From Ptychomitrium polyphyllum (taxonomy: Eukaryota): 64,000 bases of DNA. Shown here piece after piece: positions 25,301 through 36,421 of the stretch (position 1 is its first letter; each line of letters opens with the position of its first letter). Made by a program: the position numbers and the translations under genes. The notes under the pieces are model-generated. The model was not told the DNA's origin. It saw nothing but the letters and a program-made list of their open reading frames with translations, and made no database searches. The stretch lies in NCBI GenBank assembly GCA_973851085.1, contig OZ316775.1, forward strand, positions 18,662,001 to 18,726,000. The letters run 5' to 3'.

Positions 25301-26936
25301 AAGAAATGTCTTCATCCTAATAGAAATATGACTACTAATTTTGGACATAACCATCATTAACTAAATGACAATGATAATAGAATAATAAAACCACGTCCTT
25401 ATGAATTTAATAAACTTTTGGGATGCATTAAGTTTTACAGACTTTGTGGCACCTCAGTTTAGGATGTGGACTGTGATGGCATGCATTATCCATGCATTAA
25501 GTGTGGTGAGTCCCAGCTTGGAGGTGTCCTGCCCTTGGTCCATGCTGACCACTTTTATTGTCATGATTTTCTAATACAAACTGTACCATGTGATAAAGTA
25601 TATAATTTTGAAGAGCAGAGACTCACTCCCCTTGTTATATAGCATGATCATTCTAATTATTGAATACTTACACCTCAAGCCATGAGGGTGCATGCAACTG
25701 AAATTACCTGAGAATTTTGCCAGCCAAGTGTTTTGATATGTGCATTCTAAAAGTTCCTGAGAGTAAGTAATAAAGTGGGAGTTTGAGATTAATGCTTGAT
25801 GGAGGAGTCAGATTGCATTTAAGCTTGTTACAGCATATGATGCTTCTGTCACATGCAGTTCACATGACCAACTGAAGAGTTGAAATTTTTGCCATGGTAC
25901 TAGCATATTGTTGAGCACTCATTTTCAAGGTGCTCTCAGTCACATACTTTGAGGACACAAAACCACTGTATTACTGCATTACAAAAACTGTTGGATATCC
26001 AGTTCGGTTGCAACACAATAGTAAACTGAAATAGGAATGCAAAGCCACCATACCTAAATCGGTCCAACCAGGAGCGAAACTCCAAGGAAACCCCAAGGAC
26101 GAACTTCCCTAAATCTGTACAGATTCAAGACCAACTTACACTAACACTCTTAGGGCTATGCAAATACTACTGCATCTTCAATTGTGATCTACTGTCTAGT
26201 ATTTGATGTTGCACCATTCTATCCAAGCCACCACATCGTACAGTTCTTGCAAAGGGGATTTTCAAGCAGTTTAGATAGTGCTAAAATAAAGCCAAAAGCT
26301 AGTCCTACTATACAGACCTGGTGCTTGTTCCAGAATGCCTTCACGTAGTAGAGTAATACCGCTCTTCTCTGAGAAACGGTTGCAAATGTTCTGCATGGCG
26401 CCTGAAGATCACCAACAATTTCAGAGTCAACTCAGAATCTGCATTGCATCACAAGTCGCATCTAGCTTCTGCAAGCAGATCCACAATGTCTTCAATTAGA
26501 ACTTGCCTTGTAGTGCCTTGACGAATGGTTGTCATGCCTCCCAACAAATGATCGAAAATCTCCGCACCGATTGTCGCGTATCTAGTTGCCATATTTAGCA
26601 GAGTGAGGATATCCAACGCTAATCAGTAAAACCTCCCAGATCATATCAAGCATGACAGGACGTTCTTCCACTTCACGACTTCATGTTTCTCTTGTTGGCG
26701 TTCAATCGGGCATCAGGTCGACTGCGCTTGACATAGGTTTCAGTATTTTGCAACGTGTCACACACCTAAAGTGACCAATAGAGCACACATAATGGTCACG
26801 CTGCGTCCATGACCTGCCCAGACGTCGGCACTACACTATCTCCCAAATTTTATATATATCAATACTAAACCATTTTAATTTTCCGAGAAATAATACCGAC
26901 ACCAAAGCATCCAACATTCTTCCGTGAATCGAAAAG

Positions 26937-27022
26937 CGGGATGAGAAAGGCTGGAACTCGCATTCTCAGGATTCATCGTCTACCTATGAGGCCTACGCGC
27001 TAGCCAACTGCGCCACTACCCC
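26937..27022 (-). tRNA. Elongator tRNA-Met(CAT) with 12-nt intron; degenerate, probable pseudogene
   Basis: GGGGTAGTGGCGCAGTTGGCTAGCGCGTAGGCCTCATA-ggtagacgatga-ATCCTGAGAATGCGAGTTCCAGCCTTTCTCATCCCG matches plant intron-containing tRNA-Met(e). Damage: B box GTTCCA, mismatches in T stem and acceptor stem, discriminator G. Followed by TTTT (26932-26935). Confidence 0.85.
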
Positions 27023-27045
27023 ATGTGGATATTCCACAATCACGG

Positions 27046-27117
27046 TAGTCCCTGCGGGTTTCGAACCCGCACCTCCCGCGTTTATAGCGATCGTGATAAC
27101 CACTACACTAAGGAACC
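27046..27117 (-). tRNA. tRNA-Val-like gene with an altered anticodon arm (loop reads TA-TAA-AC); probable pseudogene or tRNA-like element
   Basis: GGTTCCTTAGTGTAGTGGTTATCACGATCGCTATAAACGCGGGAGGTGCGGGTTCGAAACCCGCAGGGACTA folds as a cloverleaf: 7-bp acceptor stem (two G-U), Val-type D arm, perfect T stem GCGGG/CCCGC, intact A and B boxes. It has A33 instead of U33 and a weakened anticodon stem. Confidence 0.75.
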
Positions 27118-27548
27118 AGGAACTGAAAATAGAATCACTTATCCATAACAAAGCAAATAAATTGATTCGCGAAAAGAATTCTATATTTAGAATTTTGAAC
27201 AACACTCCCCGTATTCTGTAAACTGATCCCTCAAAGCACTTCCTTCCATTGGTCTATAAAAATTTACCATGCTGAACTGCTTGCTAAAGGGAACGATATT
27301 ATCGATGAGTAGAGACCCTTAGACCAGAGTTTCTACGATTGTGAATTCATCGTGGAGGATTGATGCCTTAGTTTTTTTTTGCAGCCCTATCTGTGAGAGA
27401 AATTGACGCTCGTTTCGTACAACGATGATGTACTCACAACTGCATGATTCGTTCCTTTCAGCAACAAGTGCAGTTTTTGTCGATTTACTAAGATTTCTGG
27501 TTACAGTTTCCAAATCGCAGTTATTACTGTCGTCATATACCTTCAACC

Positions 27549-28325
27549 GCTGGAACCATGTCTGCAGCACATAAAATGAAGCTGCCTAGGTGCTCTCAAC
27601 GCTTGACCGCAACATGCCAAGAAGCTAAAAACCCTAAACTTCTTGGCCAAAGAGCTTTAAGTCAAAACATCGTCCAACATCATACCACGAAATCCTCACC
27701 CAATTATGAAAACTTGACACAATGAATGCACAGAAAGGAGCACAGCTTACCAAAAGCGCAGGGGTCAAGAACTAAGTTAATCTCCTCGCACTGCTTGAAC
27801 GCCCACCACACCGCACTCTCAATCTCCTCCACCCGAGGTCCACGCGTATCCCACTCCGGCACGCACAGATATGGAAGCTCATTCACGCACGGATTCCTCG
27901 GCAGCTCGGAGTTGCAATCCACCTCGCCATGCAACCCCGACGGCATGTCGCGCTGCAGCGCCAGCCAGCCAAGCCACCAACGAACTAGCCTAGTTTCACC
28001 TCAATGTACCCAGGCTCTCGGCTCAGAAACCGCTAACCATGAACGTAAGCTTTCAAAGTGAACAAGTAGGGGTAGAAAGCCGCATACGACCACCACGGAA
28101 ACGACTCAGCTCGGCTCTTCGTGAACATCCCCGTCTAGTTTTACCGCAGGTGCGCCGTGAACCTCACCATGGAGCTGTGCAGCATGGGCAGCATCACGGT
28201 AGTGAACGTTTCGGATTGCCGAAGCGACCTCGGCCGCGAGCACCACCGCAGATGGTAACCCTGCAAAGAATGTAAGCCCAACGATGTATCCACAACCAGC
28301 GTCCTTGCGAATGGATCCCAACATG
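27549..28325 (-). pseudogene. Pseudogene of a plant YnbD-like membrane dual-specificity phosphatase family protein
   Basis: Broken frames read ..LPMLHSSMV..SFPWWSYAAFYPYLFTLKAYVHG*RFLSREPGYIEVKLG*FVGG / VDCNSELPR..PYLCVPEWDTRGPRVEEIESAVWWA..LDPCAFG, then intron 27562-27750, then HGSS. This recalls the family motifs DCTCEFPR, YLCIPTWDTRSP, IESAVKWA and VHCAYGHGRS. In-frame stops at 28141, 28135, 28033 and 27985, plus frameshifts. Confidence 0.8.
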
Positions 28326-30003
28326 AGTTGCAGTAAATGAAGCATCTTTTCCTGCTACATCTGTGCCCTCTGTCCACCAAAGAGAATGAAGACATTTTTC
28401 CTACTGTACACTAATAATATGTCTACACAAATGGTCCACAAGATCCACGACGAAGAATTAGTATTGGTGAAAGGGTGGGAGGATTATGAAAGGGATTGGG
28501 TATGCTAGGTGATGAGATGATTTGGGTTGCGGTGGTGGTTTCGTGATAGATGATGGTGTGGGTGATGGTTTTTTTTCTTTAGGATTATTGGAAGTTAGAG
28601 AACTGGGAATTGGGAGGAATTTTGGATTTAGGGGTTTGTTTAAGGAAGTGGTGGTTTAAGTTAGAGAGTGTTATTAATCCAAGTGGCTACAAAGATTGGT
28701 GAATGATTAGTGAAGAGGTTCCAGTTATAGAAATTTTTGTGTAGCTAATACTAAAACATTATGAACTTGTGTGAGGCGGCCCACACTGACTATGGCTGGT
28801 TTCAAGTATTGGAGTGTTGATAGTAATGTCTCTTGCGTGGCTCTTGCCTTAGGAGTAGTCACCTTGCGGGAACCAAAACGCCCTTCACAAATTCAAACAG
28901 GGAATTAGGACCGACAAAAGACTGCATTCGGCTGTCACGTTTGTCGAACTTTAACAAAACATTCTACAGTACAACTGACCACATTCTCGAATCACTGACG
29001 CTTGAGGCTTTAATCAGTTGACTATGATTTGCTGGCGTAGGTAAATATTTGGATCTAGTTCGTTTGTATATTCACGCGAGGGCAGTGTCTAGTTTGTTGC
29101 GTTACTGATACGATTTCATCCTTACAGATCAACCAGAGTCGACACGGCGTTTACGCTTCAAGGTCCGTCTAACCTTAACCGTCATAGACGTCACTGGAGG
29201 CACATTTGGAGGTAAGATCATATCAAAGCTAAGTTACGGTGCTGGAGCTACCATTCAGAAGTTATCTCCTCTTGCGTTGGATCCAAATGGGAGGAACTCG
29301 AGATCACCTGGGTTCCAGCTCCACTGCGGTGACAAGAAGCAGTACGCAAGATGCAATATTCACAACTGCAGTCGGATCCTAGGTAAACTGCTGATAAACT
29401 AGTTTGAATCATAAATTGTGAGACGACCATTCTTGAGCCGTTTGGGGTTGGTTTGGCTTCAAGGCGTTAGCGCTGTGCCCGTCAGCCGAGATTTTTGCGG
29501 AAAGTCTGTTTCTCTGCTTCTCTGCACCAGTAAAGGTGCCGTGTGGAAGAAGTCGAGGGCGACAAACCGCTCTAGTTTCCAATTAATGACCTAGTTCCTG
29601 GTTAGCTAGTCTAGCTAGTGAACTGGCAATATTATTAGTTGTGGTCGTCCCTTTCTTGTCAGATTTGAGCATCAGCAGGTATAACAAATTGCACCTACTA
29701 TTTGAATTTTGCTGGATAATGCCAAACAGACTGTTCAAAGTTTGCACGATCATCTGAAACAGAGTTCCTTACGGTCTCCTTGCTGTAGATCGATATTCCT
29801 ATTCAACATGCAGCTGTAGCAGTGCAGCTGCGTAGACATTAGCTGGGTACAATTACCAACTCCTAAGAAGTATTCGTGCATATTTACAGATATTGAGCTG
29901 TCAAAAAATTGTGCTTCTAAAAGGAATTTAACTTTCATGTGCTAGGTTAGCGGATTATTGCAGCTGATTTGCCTTGTCAATGTGAGCATTTCAACAGAGC
30001 CCG

Positions 30004-33000
30004 TCAGTCCTTCATATCTGCAATGCCTCCACGAGTGATCTGAAAAGAGTGTGACAAGTTAAGACTCAACAAGATTGAAGGATATCACTTGATGGATACA
30101 AAGACCCTGAAGGAAACTACAGGCTGAGAGAGTGTTCTACGCATATCTATCTTCAGTCATAAAAAGCACATGAACCAATATTATCTCCTTTAAACTAATG
30201 CAAGGTGTGAATCTTTGGCATGAAGAGTCTGAAATATACAAATAATTGTGAGGATATTGCTTCGTCATCTGGTAGATTGGGCGCATCGTGCACTTTGCAG
30301 ATTCGCTGTTCAGCCTTGCCCTTCCTGAGCATAAGCCGGACTGTCGAAGCATGGGCTATGACATGACCACCGGCAGGTTTCTTTGGATCAGCAACAAAAG
30401 TCCCGCCTCCAGGATCAGCTATCACTGTATACAAAAGTGGTTTTAGGAATATTTTCATGTATTCGAATATCTAATCAAGACGAAATTTGTGGTTTGAATG
30501 TGACATTACAGCATTGGGAATGGAATGAAGAGTTCAAACCAAACCACGGACAATCTTGTAATTATTCAAGATTTCGTAAATTTAACTATTCGAGGACGAG
30601 AAGCTCATATACATGAATTGGAAAAGGAATTGATGTAAATGGCTACCATGGTTTGTCATAAAGACAGCAACATTGAACTCCTCGGCGATCTTTATCAGCT
30701 TTGAAAGCATTTGGGCCAGTTTTTGCTGTAACATTCGCGTACAACGCCCAATCAGAATGTCAGATATTGGAGTACTTTAATAAAGCTAAGGACAATAACG
30801 TTGTTACATCTGGTCAGAACTTGGAAGTGACTTCCCAGCTTGACTTCAAAAGCACAGATAACATTGCACCTACCTCAATTCAAACACTAAAGACAATCTA
30901 GAATCCAGAGAAGCATTTCATAACGGACTTTATTCAGACTATTAACCAAGTTGCTGACATAACCTGCCGATCAGCTAGTTCTCCTCGTCCTGTGAAGTCC
31001 ACTCGAAAAAGCGCCATAATTGAATCGACAATCTGTTTGCACCTCATATAGTTCAATGTGATAACACACTATTATTGAAATGTACCCAAATAGCTGAACT
31101 AACAAGCGCTTCAAAATTACTCGTTCTAACTAATGAACAGCATCGTGAGCTCCACATGTAAATACAGAAATGATTTATAAAGAGAAGTGATCCAGAAAGG
31201 TAAACATAACTGGAAATGAATTTCCAAAATATTTATGGAACACGTTAAGTCCAAAGTGGATAGTTACCACCAATCTAAAAGGCTCTTCTGCCATTCTGCA
31301 GGCCAATCCCGCCAGCAGATTATATTGATGTTCATGAGTATATGCACGCGCGTACACGATCTGCCATTGCGCCCACAGATGGCTTATAAATCCAAGAATA
31401 ATAAAATATAAGACAAGATTATGGACTAAAATCTCGCATTGTCCATGGAGTTTTACGACACTTCAGTATTTCTAGGAGGCTGCATTGGCTTGGCTAGCTT
31501 CTCACATTGTCAAGAACAGCTGTGTAGTCAAGCCCAAATCGCTCCGCAATGGGGGCAAGCCTGTCTGGTCGGCTGTTTCATTATGCTTAGAAAAGGTATT
31601 AGTTACGTAAACTGCGATTTTTTCATGAGCGAACGCAAGATTTCGCGATTAGAAGGATAAGAACACCAGGAACTAGGGTCGGTTTGACTCCCGCAATCTT
31701 ACATCAAACGAATAGAAGACAAATCCACATCATGTTTCTGGACATAGTGCAGAATATCAAATGAAGGATATACAGGAATAGGAATACTTTGCTTACAATG
31801 TTCCTTCTGTGTCGATGTATGCCACCTTTCCGTTTCCTCCTCCCATGCTAAATGGTAGCTATGATCAAGAAAAGGCTTGTCAGAAACCAGAAGAGAAGCT
31901 TTACAAGATGCTGAGATGGATTTTCGCAAGAAAAACTCGGTATTAGCTGTACAAGAGACTGATGTAACAGTACGTGTTTGGAAAATACGATGTAACAAAT
32001 CTTGTACCTGAGTCGAAACGCAAAGCGTGTGAGCAATCTGTGTCTTTCCGGTTCTGTATTGAATACAAGGTCATGAAAACCGTGTTTATTATCATCAAGA
32101 TTACTAAAGCTCCAAACAAACTCCAAATAGATGAATAGTGCCATGATACAAACCTGAACTCGCCAAACACTTCTGTAATGGCCATCGTCTCAATACCACC
32201 TTATCAAAGATAAAGACACTTGAGATTGTGAGTGGTCAACTGCGGCTCATAATGAAATCTTCCACGTTCTCTATCAAAGCCTTCATATATCCATCATAAA
32301 TTGCTGCTATGAAAATGCCAATTCACATAAACAACATTTACAAAATATTCGTTTAAGAAAACCTCCAAGCAGCGCATCGAGAGCCTGGCTTCCCGTTGTG
32401 ATCTTTACGACTGCCTTCCGCTGTCATCAGGTACGGTTAGAGGGGTTAAGTTTACGTCATCAAAGCTTCAATTAGCCAATGGAAGACTATAGGTGACCTA
32501 TAAAGCAATGAAGTAGTCAATGCCTACAAATCAAGATTAATGAGATGAAGCCTTTAGTCTTACTTTGTTCAGGAGGTCGGTTCCTGTGCAGAATCCAATA
32601 TGCTGGACATGGAGTTAGTTGAGATTAGAAACTTGCCTTGAGGAAAATTGCAGGGAAATTCAGGGCTACAAGACTCACATAGGTGTTGCATAGACATAAT
32701 CAAACTTAATTTAAAATTAATTCAGTGTGTATGATAATATGTTTGAGCGGTCTCTGGGCGTTGACAGTGTGCATATGCAGACCGAGCTCATCGGAGTATT
32801 ACAAGCGAAAGTTGCCATTTGTAAGGTGATGCTCACCACAATTCTTTGTGCTGCTTCACAAATCTTGTCGACTTTGGCGTCCGACAAGCCCTTGATATTG
32901 GATAATGTCTGCACATTACGCAAAGGTTTAAGATGAGCAGGAGTCACGAGTTTTTAAACTAACTACCGAAAATTATAGCCATTGGACCCTAACTACAGAG

Positions 33001-33455
33001 AATCACACTAAGTTACTGACTGGTAAAGGGTTTTCCACAAGCCTATTCTCGAAACATCATCAGATAGCACTTGTGTGAAGTCAGAGTTGAGGTTGCAAAT
33101 ACGCATCATAAAATGCCAAAGAATTCGAATTGAGGAGATGACCTTCTTGGTGTTCATCATCAATCCATTACAAGTATAAATCCCCGCATCCTGAAGTTTC
33201 TTGAGGTCTCCTGCATTGATTCCCTGTGCAATGACTGTACCAGAAGGTGTCAGCTTCGTGAACAAGAACTTCATGACCAATAGAAGTTAGAATGATCCAC
33301 GGCTGATTAAAGACCTCAGGAACAAACTCGAAGCCAACTACTTGACGATCTGCAGATTTTCTTGAAATAGGCCTTTGAAGTAATACACACGTTTGTCAAT
33401 AGTGGAGAAGAACTCATCGTCTTCTTCCTCGAGCTCAATCTTGTTTGCCTGCTGC
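30004..33455 (-). CDS. DMC1: Meiotic recombinase DMC1; first short coding exon not securely placed (candidate ATG 33811)
   Basis: At least 14 exons: about 33455-33391, 33234-33143, 32908-32837, 32603-32564, 32420-32363, 32199-32154, 32053-32008, 31858-31797, 31572-31506, 31360-31268, 31032-30964, 30725-30647, 30424-30258, 30048-30004. Motifs [22 protein letters not shown], Walker [20 protein letters not shown], Walker [23 protein letters not shown]-terminus [13 protein letters not shown]. Confidence 0.96.
30049..30257 (-). other. U12-type (minor spliceosome) AT-AC intron, last intron of DMC1
   Basis: Donor GCA|ATATCCTC at 30257, branch site TCTTAAC at 30064-30058, acceptor CAC| at 30049. Splicing restores EA-SFQIT. 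Confidence 0.9.
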
Positions 33456-33919
33456 CTGCAAGTCAGGAGTAAAAATTTCAGTGAGACAGAGGTAGGTCTC
33501 AGACCGATCACAAATGCTACGTCCTTTGATACGTAGTAGTATCTGCCAGTTCACAGGAGTAACAATTCCAGCTACATCCTATCAGGCACGCAAAATGTAT
33601 TCCAACACGGTGATTCTTGCTTCTTTAAAAGATCAAGTAAAGCCTTATCTGCTAAAATATTGCCAATGAGAAGAGCATACATGATGAAATGCTTGACAGC
33701 ACAAAAAACCGAGCTAGTTCGAAGCGCTCTCAATTGCTAGAATCAGAATTGCTGGCAGACAAAACGCTGCAACTGGTATCGACGTCAATAATCCACCGCT
33801 TCCTTCGCCATTAGCAGAAAAATGCAGAATAATCATTTTCTCAGTCAGGCACTAAAGATATGTAGCAAAAGAGACTGAAATGCACCTTAATTACACAGAA
33901 CAGGCTACAGTTCTAAAAC

Positions 33920-34320
33920 ATTCTCAATCAAGAAGCTCAAACACAGAAGACAATCTTACAAAACAAAGCGCCGGTAGAACGAAAAGAAAAAGCTCGGCAA
34001 GGCAGAAGCTCGCTCATCATAAAGAGAGCAAAATTCCCACCAAACGTCCTCAATCAAGAAGAAACACGGCAAACAATATACTTCTACATAACAGAGCGCT
34101 ACTCAAGCGAAACAAAAGAGATCGGCAAGGAACAAACTCACACATAAGAAACAGAGAATTTTCCTTACCAAATGCCATTCGCTGCCAATTCGCACTGCAG
34201 ACAAAAGCAATCTTACTAAACAGAGCGAACAGAAAGACTTTGACAAAACAGAAGCTAGTACATCACAAACAGGGAAATTATTTTTACCAAATGCCACTAA
34301 TTGCCGAATCTCGCTACGGA
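33920..34320. repeat. Three degenerate tandem units of about 120-130 bp upstream of the DMC1 CDS
   Basis: Recurring CAATCTTAC-AAACA-AGCG (33951, about 34081, 34208), CGGCAAGG (about 33995 and 34123), and ACCAAATGCCA-like blocks (about 34040, 34167, 34286). Confidence 0.65.
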
Positions 34321-36421
34321 TAGAAAAAATCTTGCGCCAATCGAGTACCGCAGCCAAGTTTGCACAGGTTCAAGGGCTCAATCAATGCCTCCACTCTTGC
34401 GTTTCCTTCTTCACTTCGTCTCTCTCAGAATGCCCCTTGACAGGCTTTCAAAGTAGGAGAGGATTCATACTCAAAAACCTATAATATCTACCCCAGCACT
34501 AGAATTCTTTCAAAATATCTATAAAATGCGTTAATAATACCTGTTTCTGATACACTGATAAACTGTCACTACACACATATTTCGATTGTTCGACATATTC
34601 TATGGTTACTCTAGATTTCTTGTAATTAAATATATGTAAACCGTAAAAAGACTTGGGTTTTGGTATGGTAACGGTTTTAGGTGTACGCTACTTTAACCTC
34701 CAGATACCCGTTTAGTGCCCTTGGGTATAGATCAGTTTCGGAAGAGTATCATCGTGGTATGCTTATAAACTGAAAAGTGGTTGTACCGGAGTGAACTCCA
34801 TTGAATTCCCTTTTACTTCTTCGTTTTGCAGCTGTGGACAGGATTCATCTATTTCGCGCCGTTTTCATCCAAATCTGAACACTTTAGTGGCGCTAGTCCA
34901 GATTTTGAATTCACAGGAGGAGCTTGTGAATGTGAAGGGCAGTATCACTATCATTTAGGGTACTTTAATTGTTTTTAATTTTTGCATTTTTAGCAAGGTA
35001 ATACTTGATCCGCAGGGAATTAAACCTATAAACATGGACTCAAAACATGGGATCAAAATATGGAAACAAGATAAATGTAAATAAGATAAAGTTCCAATTT
35101 TGACTTTTCTGCAAATGAAGGTATGCGTTTCTTACAAATTAAATACGACTTTACAAATTTTAGCTAGAAATTGGAATTGTTGAAACTTCTGAAAATCGGG
35201 AAAAAAATTAGGTGTATTTCTTATATGTACTTTGCAATTAAGAGTATAAAATACAAAACAAGATCATCATAGATAAAAGTGGATAGATAAAAAAATCAAA
35301 GGATTTGTTGATTTAAATTTTTAATTTATTTAAAAACTTTTTAAATGAACCAACAATTACAGTACATACAAAATGCCATACATAGCTTTACAAAATAGTC
35401 AACTTTGGAGCATTTTACAAAATTGGTTATGAACTTAATAATATACACATATTCCTCTTAGCAACAATTTAGAGAACTAGGTAGTTTATAGAAGTATATC
35501 TATTATACCTATTCTCAAAACACCAAGAATTTATATTAAAGTCAGAACGATATCAATAAAATTAATTTCAGAAATTTTCAACCTTTGAGCATCTTATGAA
35601 ATTTGTTAAAGGACTTGTAAAGTTCCTAATGACCCAGGTGGGTATCTGGGTCTCAGGAATCATTACAGACGCACATATCAAACTCAAATAGAACTCTAGC
35701 TGAATCAGGATATGGCATATCCTCTGTAGGCTTCGAATCTTTTCCAGTTGATTTCGTTCATGCATTCACTCTCTATTTTTGGCCAATGATTCTCTTAACT
35801 TTATCTTTCAGCTGACCTGTAATGCACCTCCTGTGCTAGAAAACATGATCCCCAAGCCCATGATCCCCATGATAACTCTAATCAACAATTTTGATTAGAG
35901 TTATCAAATCACAATCCTTTTGAATCACATATGCACATATGTTCAATGTAGAAGCTGCTCTAACGGAGAGGATAAGGAGTCATCAACATCCTGTTTTATT
36001 TAACCGTTGGATATCCAAAGTCCTATATAAAGTGTACGACGACGGAGATGATTCACGGCAGAGTAAGCACATGCCGAGCACCGGCTCGTCTGAATGTGAA
36101 AGCTCCGACGTCCTGTACAGCGCCGATGCACTGTGTGCGATTGTTTCGGCGCTTACCGATACTTCCCCTGACTACGATTGAATCATCAAAACGGACTACA
36201 CTGCGGCTATCTCACTAAAAATTTCTGGTGACCAGGCTGCTCTACTCGATTACCTACTACGTTGAGTGGAACGTGTATGATCTTGATAATCGTATCCAAT
36301 CATACAATGTACTGGTGAGTATAATTTAGATTAAACAGTAGAAAATGGCCAAGTCCGCGCCTTTTGACGTCCCGAATTAAGGTTCACAAGATGGTGATGG
36401 GAAAGGAAAAGAGCTCTCAGC

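Noticed and set aside
30077..30085. Second U12-donor-like ATATCCTTC inside the DMC1 AT-AC intron
   Set aside because: Only about 36 nt from the acceptor and preceded by in-frame stops, so it cannot give the conserved protein.
33880..34323. 147-aa K/R/N-rich ORF on +
   Set aside because: Coincides with the A-rich tandem triplication in the DMC1 leader; low complexity and no domain.
35939..36290. 80-aa ORF and GC-richer patch convergent with the LecRK pseudogene
   Set aside because: No recognisable motif or splice structure; could be a gene fragment but unsupported by eye.
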